Below, in pieces: positions 43,101 through 49,326 of a stretch of DNA of 64,000 bases. The DNA comes from Tubiluchus corallicola. Its lineage: Eukaryota; Animalia; Priapulida. Where the stretch lies: the NCBI GenBank assembly GCA_030141605.1, contig JAQGDQ010000067.1:186001-250000 (forward strand), given 5' to 3'. The notes beneath the pieces were generated by a model. It made no database searches, had not been told where the DNA came from, and saw only the letters and a program-made list of their open reading frames with translations. Positions within the stretch are counted from its first letter, which is position 1. Each line of letters begins with the position of its first letter. The translations under genes and the position numbers were made by a program.

Positions 43101-46100
43101 CTCTCTGTGTTTCTGTGAGTGATTACATTTGCTGCAGTGGCAAGCTAGTAGCTGTTAAGTATTTTTATGCTTAGCAAATGTAAGCAAAATATGCTACAAA
43201 GTAAAAGTCTCATTAGAAACAGGTGAACAGCTTTGTAAAGGAACTTTAGCTACTTCAAGTGATTCAGATGAAAATGATTCACAATGTTTTTTGTGAGACA
43301 AAACCTTTTTCTCCTAACCATATACTTACTTTATCATGGAGAAATTTACCCCTAAGAATAAGTTAGTCTCAAGAACACACAATGTAGATTAGCGCTTAAA
43401 CATACTACAACTAAATATTTCAATTAACCATACTTCTCAGTTATCTGTACAGGCTCAGCTGGAGATTAGTGCAGATAATCAAGAGTTTGCTGTAATTAAT
43501 ATTCATCTGTTCGATAGTGTCGCGAATACCGTAGTTCCTGAAATTACTACGTTGGGTTAATTACAATTGTATTTTTATTCTTAACTATATTACTTTTGAA
43601 ATTGATTTATTCATTTTCGCGAAATCTCAGTCAGATCAAAAATTGGAAACCAAAACAGCCACGTATAACATGCCATTATATGTGGACGTTTTGGCTTTGC
43701 AATTGTCGTTCTTACATTTGTCTGTAAAACCTGAACTCAAAACTTACATCGGTTGGTTTTGCAGATATCTAAAATTGGACTAACTGAGAACTTTCGGGGT
43801 GATAAAAAGAAGTTTGAAATATGGACAAATGCCAGGGAGGAAGTGTACATTATCCAAGCTCCAACAATAGAGATGAAAGAAATGTTGGTTAAACACATCA
43901 AATGCTTGTTACTCAGCCAGTTTGATGCAATACGAGGTATATAATTTAAGTACTAAAGTTGCTTGCATTTGTGTCAGTATGCATTTTTGTGTGCATTCTG
44001 CTATGCTGTTCCTACAGGTTGCAAGAAATTATTGACTAACTTGTGTTCAGAAAAAAACTCAAAAAAATGAATGAAAACTGACAAAGCAATAAAAAGGACA
44101 CTTATTTTAATTTCTGATGTAGCTGCTATTTGTGCCCCTGTCAGCTGTTAATTGACAGTATAAGAACAAAAGCTTCTCATTGAGACTGGTATCATGACTC
44201 ACTTTCAAAACCTCATTAATTTTTGATTTAAATAGCAAGTAAAGTATTAGAATTAGAGAAATTGGTTATAATATTAAAAGAATTAGAAAGTATATTTGTA
44301 TGTTCTTTTGATAACTTTTTAGTCTGTCATTTCTCGACACATTGAAATGAAGTTACATTATCCTTTCCAAGACTTACTAGCCTGTTTTTAGCTTTTGCAA
44401 ATTTGCTTTATTTTTAACAGTTGTCAAGTTAGGCTACGCAGTGATTAAAAATGTTTATGTTTTATTGTTTAACTGATACACTTCCTTGGGGTTGCAAATC
44501 AGTGGAATCATAATTCTGAGTTGAAAATTATAATTAGTTATTGATCTAATATATCACTTTGCCAAGAAACTTGATCTTATATATACATATAACACACCAA
44601 TTGATGGTCAATTATGATTATATGTTAGAGCTGCATGTTGTTTGATATTTTAGGAGAAGCTCGAATGCATTACATTCAAAAGCAAACAATTGCTGAATCA
44701 GCTGCTGCTGTGTCAAATCCTAGTCTCAACCTATTGGAAGTGAAGGAGCCATTGCTCACTGCACATCATAATAAGTGAGTTTCATTCCATTATTTCGTTA
44801 AATAATTTTAAAAAGCTAAACTTAGTTCATCTGTTTCATGTACTGTACTTATGGTTAGTAACATTTTGTGCCTGTAAATTCACAAACAGGTGCCCAGGGT
44901 GATAAAAACTAAAATTTTAGCAACAGTGATGAAAATATTGAGTGTCAAGAATCATTTCCAGAATACTTTTTTGCTACCAAATAGATTTTGAACAACTGAA
45001 GCTGTCATGTATTATAGCTTAGTGTATTTATTGGGGCTTTCAAGCATTTTGTATACATCTCAGTGGTGAAGAATACCAAAATAGCCATCTAACACTAGCT
45101 AGTTAAACAAATCTGAAATGATTCATTAGTGCTATTATTTTTGTAAATTCAACATTAACGTCAAAGATGTATTTCATATTTTTAGAAATTTTCTTTAATT
45201 GTACCAACTGCAATGCAGTAGTACAAACACTAGACTATATTGTTTTACGAACCTGTTGATGAGCTAAGATGTATAACGTTAGTATAAAGTTCAAGTTAAA
45301 ATGTATTGGTGTGTTTTTAAGGCTACTGAAAGCTCAAAGTTGTGGGCAGCTTCAAAGACCACTCAATCTCCTTGGTTACGAGTCACCCACAACACCTTCC
45401 TATCTTAATGAAGATGAGAGTGATGAAGAATGGAGTACAGATGATTATTCTACAAACTCAAACTCTGATGAACACTCAAACCGTAGTTCCATGGGAGAGG
45501 CCAGTTATGATTTTGTATTTGCCATATAGCTATTTCATTATACAAGTGCAGTTTGAGCACTTAATAAAACTAGTTTTTAGTGGAAGTTAGGTGCTTAGTG
45601 AAGATGACTGCCAAAGTAAAAAAAACTGATGTTGTGATAGTCTTACCAAAATTAAATGAAATAATGTAACATTTTATTCCCTGGCAAATTTTATGTTTTT
45701 CATTTAGTCAAAGCACAAAGCACACACATATTTCTTGTATGGTCTTGAACTTTGGTGTGTTTACCATCTATAAAGCAAAATATATGCATTTGTCATACTA
45801 GAACACCCTTATACCTAACTTCACTAGTCATTTTTCAACCTTTAAGAAATTCCACGAATTTCTCAATAAATTGAGCTTGCGTCTATGATTATACTGAAAA
45901 TACCACTATTATTCGGAATAAGAATTCAGAAAGCTAGCTGAAAAAACTGAAGTGCTTAATAAATTTTGCTACTGTGCACCCACTTTTTTGGGGTCATGGA
46001 ATGCAATTTCAGACTATGACCAAACCAGTAAACATACTAATCATTTTCTTGGCCTATGATTTGCATCTTCATCCAAAAACTAATGGGCTTCCAACATTTC

Positions 46101-49100
46101 AGCTCTTGCCCAGACCTATCCCTGTGCCAAGTTTGGTGATTTTTGGTTACAATACCTAGCTCATGCTTTTAAGAAAAGTCGGTAGCGAAATATTAATACC
46201 CATAGAGGCTTGCAACGGCTAACTAAAATAACTAGTTTTGTTGTATACATTGCAATAAGTAATTTCTGGGATGAAAAGATCTTAGTAAAAGATAACAGAG
46301 TTGTAACAGTCTTGCAAAAAGTAATAGCCATAGTGGCTATTACTTTTTGCAAGACTGTTACAACTCTGTTATCTTTTACTAAGATCTTTTCATCCCAGAA
46401 ATTACTTATTGCAATGTATACAACAAAACTAGTTATGAATGAATTAAAATTGCTGTCCTATCCATCCCAATTGAAATGTGATGTGACCTCATCCGTCTTG
46501 ATTTTACTGTGTGAACAGGCAAGCATATACACATGCACACACATGCATACCCTCACGCACACACATGCATGCACACACACACACACACACACACAAAGAT
46601 AGACAGATAGACACGACTAAATGCGTTCGTTACTCAACCACCAACTACTGTTGGCGTAGGTGTATTGGTTTATATTATTATCGCTTTGTACACATCACGT
46701 ATTTTACTGTTTTTGAGCTTGATAACTTTTCTAAAAATTCTAGCTTGTATTGCCAAATATTTGTGCTCTTGAAAAGTAGACTGCAAATAAAACACAATAC
46801 TATAAAGATTAACCAGCTTGCATAAAAGCCCACATTTTTTCTGATGCATGTGATGTGTCTGATAGCTCACTAGCTTGTTTTTTATGGAAAACCTAGCCCA
46901 GGGTTCCCGTGGTTAGGGAAAGTCCTTGAAAATAAAGGGCTAACCATTAAAGTCATGGAAAAGTCAGGGAAAAGATAAATTGACAAAAAGTCAGAAAAAT
47001 TGGAAAGAGTTGCAAAAGTAATCACTGTGAAAATTCTGTGGGAACCCTGCTAGCCATGAAAACACAGTAAGTATTGGCACATTCGGAAAGCTTGAGCCTC
47101 GCATAGTTCAGTATGCTGCCGGAACTTAATTTGTTTAGAAACTATTCTTGCATAGTGTACTGTGTGCTGTGTGACTTACTAAAATTCTCCTCTCATTGTC
47201 CAAGTGTTGCAAAAGCTGCATGCTCTATAAACAGATACAGTAAACTCCCCATGACTCAAATCAACCGAACCAAAAAAACTTGAGTTAGGTGGTGTTGACC
47301 ATTTTCCAGCACAGAAACTCTAAAACCCTTCCTCCAGACAGTGAGCTAAGTAGAAGGCAGAAAGTCGACCTTTCTATACATGAACGAGATTTGATAGCTA
47401 TTACTAAAGAATAACAAATTATGTAGTGAAACACGATTTTTTTATGTTACGAAAGGACACGTACACAACACTGTTAAACAATATTACAGTGGGGCTGCCA
47501 ATGTCTTACGCACTGCAATTCGGTTTGTGTATAGTTCAATTATTTACATGCTCTCCGTCAAGTGATCAGTTATCTTCATCTGCACCAAGTCCTGTGCCTG
47601 TTTCATCAGCACTGATTCTATTTTATCATTCATGTTTTCCATTTCCATACAATAACAATAGAGCGATTGTTTTCATGTCACCAACTGGGACTTTCCCAGA
47701 AAGATCAATCCTGGAGAAAATAATTGGGGTGCGACTTGTAAAACATCAGAAGTTTCGTGCAAAAACGATACTGTTTTACTAAACTTTTTATTTTTCTAGA
47801 GTATAAATTGCATTTTTGAGTTAGGCGAAGTAACTTACATCTGTTTTGATTAAATGGACCATAATTTTTTATTTGAGTTATGCAAAATTTTGAGTTATAT
47901 ATTTTGAGTAAGCAATGTTTTTGTGGGAAAAGGATTTTATCCATTCTGCTGAAATTCCTTGAGTTATGTGATTTTGAGTTTACTGTACCACTAACTTACA
48001 TTATTTGCATTACTTACATGGCACAAAGATGGGAAGTTATGGGCTCATTTTTATTTATCATTGAATCAATGACATTAGAAACATAGTTATTTTTGTTTAG
48101 TTAGATAAATATAGCACATTCTTTTTTTCATGTGAAATAAATGTTCTCATAAATTTACAGATGCCAGTATATATATCATTAGCTGATTATATGGCCGTGG
48201 ACACCTCTGAAATAACAATATGTGAAGGTGAGATGCTAGAAGTACTGAACATGGGGCAAGATGGGTGGTGGTTTGTGCGATCAGCTGCCACATCCAAAAC
48301 AGGTTGGGCACCTGGAAGCTATTTGGAGCCAATTGATAAACGCAGTTCAAGAGCTAGTATCGGAAGTAGTATAAATATCGGTAAGTAATAAGCTTTAATA
48401 GTTCTTAATACAAGGTCGAATAGATTACAACTTACTGTATCGAAGTTACAGTTAAAAAGTTTGCGAATGTAGCTTAACCTATCTTAAAACTTTTTAAATG
48501 CAAGACCTACAGATGTCACATTCAACAGCGTTATCATATATTGATTTGGAGCAGGTTTCACAGTCAGCATTTGGCATTGATTGTTTATACTTCCTAACCA
48601 CAATAATCAAAGTTAGTAAGACTTGAATAATGCCAGAACATTAGTTTTAATCACTTAAAATTGGCTACAACTTGGTTAACTTTTCATTTGCACCACTGGT
48701 AATTCTTTGCCTTTTCTCATTTTAAAAGAAAAGTTACATTTTTTTCTTTTTCACCATCATTTGGCTTAGCAGTTCACCATCATTTGCAATTCCCCATGCC
48801 TTTCTTGTGTGTGAATTTCTTGCTTCCTGTCTGACCAGGAAACTTCCTTCTATAGAAATACAAAGAGCAGTTTGTCACTTCTTTGCAAAATGTGAAGAAC
48901 GAACGCATCCCATTTACCAATCGCGACCCTTGGGTTGCTATATACTGCAATATTTCATTACTAATAAATTTGCCTTTTATCATACCATATGTGGTACTGT
49001 TGATACTAGCACCACAATGATGTGTAATTTCTAGCAATATTAATAGCGAAGCCATTTACAGATGCTTCATCTCGACTGACATTAATTGATTTTTAGCTTG

Positions 49101-49326
49101 ATTGTTCATTCTGCTGGTGTAATTTTAAATTGTTTTTCAATAGCTAAACTGCTAGTATAATTGAAACCTTTTAATCTAATTGAACATTTTCTAGCAGACT
49201 TTAGTGGAGATGATGTCATAAGTGTCTACATCTGGTTCATGTTACTGTATATCTCTTAAACAAAGCATTTTTTCAGACTTTAGTGGAGATGATGTCATAA
49301 AAGTGTCTACATCTGGTGCACTGTGA
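7078..49326 (+). CDS. MCF2L: Dbl-family Rho guanine nucleotide exchange factor, MCF2L/DBS-like (5'-partial, 20 coding exons, about 895 aa in window: spectrin-DH-PH-SH3)
   Basis: Exons joined: 7078-7185, 7513-7673, 10214-10328, 10995-11114, 14840-15031, 15809-16015, 16284-16424, 19923-20047, 31090-31156, 33225-33340, 34858-34927, 35343-35441, 35629-35721, 38285-38410, 42287-42493, 43765-43936, 44654-44774, 45322-45499, 48161-48380, 49277-49326. Phases are compatible and the total of 2688 nt is divisible by 3. Peptides closely recall DBS/MCF2L (ETELPNDV; FWQKHEKKLQQCLQLRTFEQEF; HYAIDSIQPKC; YLLKPVQRITKYQLLLKEMLKY; RFKPMMRHLFLYE; KKFEIWTNAREEVYIIQAPT). Confidence 0.93.
7513..7673 (+). CDS. MCF2L: GEF exon: EVLAAQSLQRDDIKDDLASAMQHGETLLMCLKKPP...INLIE
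   Basis: TTTTAG acceptor, GTACGT donor, phase 0/2, joins next exon in frame. Confidence 0.88.
10214..10328 (+). CDS. MCF2L: GEF exon, spectrin region: LLVKLSNTEKDFDLFWQKHEKKLQQCLQLRTFEQEFKS
   Basis: TTTTTTCAG acceptor, GTGAGT donor; QCLQLRxFEQ motif of the Dbs/Trio group. Confidence 0.95.
10735..11018 (+). repeat. 139-bp tandem duplication spanning an intron end, acceptor and exon start
   Basis: Near-identical units with CAACAT at 10735, 10874 and 11013. Confidence 0.95.
10995..11114 (+). CDS. MCF2L: GEF exon, spectrin repeat: VMLALTQHQDKLDKYVKTGDSAKHCEEVLEKCQAFQDEIF
   Basis: TTTACAG acceptor, GTTAGT donor, phase 0/0. Confidence 0.9.
11680..12140. repeat. GT-rich low-complexity tract
   Basis: Irregular GGT/GTG repeats. 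Confidence 0.9.
12140..14100 (-). mobile_element. Internally deleted Gypsy element in a GEF intron
   Basis: gag N-terminus (13685-13993); integrase PWTQLAADLF near 13115-13148 and HHCC-region YWSG remnant; purine tract followed by TGTTATG near 12220. Confidence 0.8.
14840..15031 (+). CDS. MCF2L: GEF exon, spectrin repeat: HALEDAEQLENGGEYLIQNDHYAIDSIQPKC...LHERIEK
   Basis: TTTTTAAG acceptor, GTAATT donor; HYAxDSIxPKC motif. Confidence 0.93.
15809..16015 (+). CDS. MCF2L: GEF exon: ANSWCTRGIDLLATQQVERC...TKALVQQ
   Basis: TTCAG acceptor, GTGAAG donor; WCxxGIxLLAxQ motif. Confidence 0.93.
16284..16424 (+). CDS. MCF2L: GEF exon: VLKRMEDVQVMLEKRKKVVQRVVERPTRIVQPVV...AAK
   Basis: ATCAG acceptor, GTAAGC donor; resembles DBS QTRPVQPV. 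Confidence 0.92.
16610..16705. promoter_or_regulatory. CpG-rich cluster of promoter-type motifs in a GEF intron
   Basis: Two CCAAT boxes (16616, 16656), palindrome ACGTCGCGCGACGT (16672-16685), TCACGTGA E-box overlapping TGACGTC. Confidence 0.35.
18745..18902 (+). CDS. Candidate alternative exon (phase 0/2): NCRGAFSSFDLTLMNQAKAAAIFRSESKLSAYRKDNGWQIVLRHIRTLKSRF
   Basis: TTTTTACAG acceptor, stop-free 158 nt, consensus AA|GTAAGT donor; same phases as exon 19923-20047; no homology support. Confidence 0.35.
19923..20047 (+). CDS. MCF2L: GEF exon, pre-DH linker: IPVDAIQRTDSPERIGF...DPDMVQAKR
   Basis: TTGCAG acceptor, AG|GTAAAA donor, phase 0/2; gives KRRHVM junction as in DBS LRRHVM. Confidence 0.88.
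20500..23710 (-). mobile_element. Decayed BEL/Pao LTR retrotransposon pol
   Basis: LHAFRDASLKGYGAVV (Pao RNase H), LPRLELLG, IEAVWNNRPLT, FWSVWKTEYL; polypurine tract AAAGGGGGAGAG near 20660. Confidence 0.9.
24136..24656. repeat. Tandem duplication of about 261 bp
   Basis: GAGGC.AATTAAAGGCCAATGCATATGAAGTCAGG... at 24136 and 24397. Confidence 0.9.
24725..24790 (+). pseudogene. Second, more decayed and truncated tRNA-like copy
   Basis: GAACTG...GGTGGCAGAGCATTAAAGGTCTAATCACTGGTCTCTGGTTCAAGT aligns with 25230-25290. Confidence 0.5.
25230..25301 (+). pseudogene. tRNA-Arg(TCT)-like pseudogene or SINE head
   Basis: Acceptor stem GAACTGG/CTAGTTC, D arm GTTC/GAGC, A box TAGTTCAGGTGG, B box GGTTCAAGT; anticodon stem broken, loop GGTCTAA. 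Confidence 0.6.
25556..26415. mobile_element. hAT-type non-autonomous DNA transposon
   Basis: 15-bp TIRs CATGGGCGCCGGCAG / CTGACGGCGCCCATG (1 mismatch); 8-bp flanks ATTTCTTT / ATTTCGTT. Confidence 0.8.
27624..27768. repeat. (GT/GC/AT)n microsatellite
   Basis: Alternating purine-pyrimidine tract. Confidence 0.9.
28870..30900 (-). mobile_element. Decayed CR1-group LINE ORF2 (APE and RT remnants)
   Basis: YKVLVRPHIEYASKIWSPH, YEDKLQELKL, TRGHKYRIYK, LDLVLAN, DHCVI motifs. Confidence 0.88.
31090..31156 (+). CDS. MCF2L: GEF exon, DH start: HVMRELIETERLYVTELQAVVE
   Basis: ELxxTExxYV DH signature; TTTTTCAG acceptor, GTAATT donor. Confidence 0.96.
31450..32200 (+). mobile_element. Highly decayed LINE RT fragment
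   Basis: Broken RT motifs: GFKPGHTT near 31660, CDFQKAFD near 31760, YSDDG near 32020. Confidence 0.55.
32940..33115. repeat. CT-rich polypyrimidine microsatellite
   Basis: (CT)n and (CCCT)n, almost purine-free. Confidence 0.92.
33225..33340 (+). CDS. MCF2L: GEF exon, DH: GYIKQLCDPEMRTYVPELLVDKANTLFGNLEDLYEFHG
   Basis: LFGNxExLYxFH DH motif; TTTACAG acceptor, GTAAGG donor. Confidence 0.95.
34858..34927 (+). CDS. MCF2L: GEF exon, DH: IFLKDLEECINTPALVGKCFVER
   Basis: TTTTCAG acceptor, GTAAGT donor; phase 2/0. Confidence 0.95.
35343..35441 (+). CDS. MCF2L: GEF exon, DH: KEDFYAKYSLYCQNKPHSESLRRQCGDSNPFFK
   Basis: YCQNKP motif; TTGCAG acceptor, GTGAGC donor. Confidence 0.96.
35629..35721 (+). 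CDS. MCF2L: GEF exon, DH CR3: RCQNRLGHKLPLGAYLLKPVQRITKYQLLLK
   Basis: LLKPVQRITKYQLLLK DH signature; TTTCAG acceptor, GTAATA donor. Confidence 0.97.
38285..38410 (+). CDS. MCF2L: GEF exon, DH end: EMLKYTDNEVGHAEIEEALDTMLEVLRYLNDVMHQAAITGFL
   Basis: NDxMH...ITG motif; TTACAG acceptor, GTACGT donor. Confidence 0.96.
40100..41020 (-). mobile_element. L2/Crack-type LINE RT 3' fragment
   Basis: GVPQ...LGPLLF, FADD, and ORF 40333-40848 WFRANKLSLNPTKTKYILF...YSLIYPYLNY. Confidence 0.85.
41396..42144. mobile_element. hAT-type MITE carrying a nested + strand LINE RT fragment (about 41640-41975)
   Basis: Imperfect TIRs CAGAGGAATGCAAA / TTTGCACACCCCTG; 8-bp flanks ATGTACAG / GTGTACAG; repeated GGCCCG motifs; inner IFKRG...YHGISVASCLGKVFDS. 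Confidence 0.75.
42287..42493 (+). CDS. MCF2L: GEF exon, PH N-half: GSLKELGRLLTQG...RHLFLYERAILFCKKR...YSYKFQKE
   Basis: Dbs-type PH motifs; TTTTGCAG acceptor, GTATAG donor. Confidence 0.96.
42770..43492. mobile_element. Older pogo/Tigger-type MITE
   Basis: TA|CAGTGTGCTCTTG ... CAAGAGTTTGCTG|TA imperfect TIRs. Confidence 0.5.
43765..43936 (+). CDS. MCF2L: GEF exon, PH C-half: ISKIGLTENFRGDKKKFEIWTNAREEVYIIQAPT...SQFDAIR
   Basis: Strong recalled match to DBS PH; TTTTGCAG acceptor, GTATAT donor. Confidence 0.96.
44654..44774 (+). CDS. MCF2L: GEF exon, post-PH linker: EARMHYIQKQTIAESAAAVSNPSLNLLEVKEPLLTAHHN
   Basis: TTTTAG(GAG) acceptor, GTGAGT donor, phase 1/2 fits both neighbours. Confidence 0.85.
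45322..45499 (+). CDS. MCF2L: GEF exon, acidic/Ser-rich linker: LLKAQSCGQLQRP...EDESDEEWSTDDYS...SSMGE
   Basis: TTTTTAAG acceptor in phase 2; 3' end uncertain (best phase-0 donor is GAG|GCCAGT). Confidence 0.75.
45800..46665. mobile_element. Non-autonomous interspersed repeat with a Helentron/HINE-like end, hosting the palindrome
   Basis: CA/GACA microsatellite followed by a short hairpin CCAAC-TACT-GTTGG; a diverged partial copy lies at about 50195-50350; boundaries approximate. Confidence 0.4.
46228..46436. repeat. Perfect inverted repeat: 103-bp arms with a 3-nt spacer (TAG)
   Basis: 46228-46330 is the exact reverse complement of 46334-46436 (checked base by base). Confidence 0.97.
46899..47049. 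mobile_element. Short MITE
   Basis: Perfect 10-bp TIRs CAGGGTTCCC / GGGAACCCTG, CTAGCC on both sides, internal AAAGTC repeats. Confidence 0.75.
47238..47985. mobile_element. Tc1/mariner-pogo-type MITE
   Basis: TA|CAGTAAACTC ... GAGTTTACTG|TA: 10-bp TIRs with TA duplication and subterminal TTGAGTT repeats. Confidence 0.78.
48161..48380 (+). CDS. MCF2L: GEF exon, SH3 domain: YISLADY...EGEMLEVL...DGWWFVRS...GWAPGSYLEP
   Basis: SH3 signatures (ADY, GWW, GWxPxxYL); TTTACAG acceptor, G|GTAAGT donor. Confidence 0.95.
49198..49259 (+). CDS. Alternative terminal exon, proximal duplicate: (D)FSGDDVISVYIWFMLLYIS*
   Basis: TTTTCTAGCAG acceptor; 42-bp duplicate of the distal exon start lacking 2 nt; TAA at 49257-49259. 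Confidence 0.45.
49277..49326 (+). CDS. MCF2L: Terminal coding exon, distal copy: (D)FSGDDVIKVSTSGAL*
   Basis: TTTTTTCAG acceptor, phase 1 fits the SH3 exon, TGA at 49324-49326, AATAAA at 49365. Confidence 0.7.

Noticed and set aside
46161-46602. Overlapping + and - ORFs sharing a peptide
   Set aside because: A direct consequence of the perfect palindrome, not a protein-coding signal.
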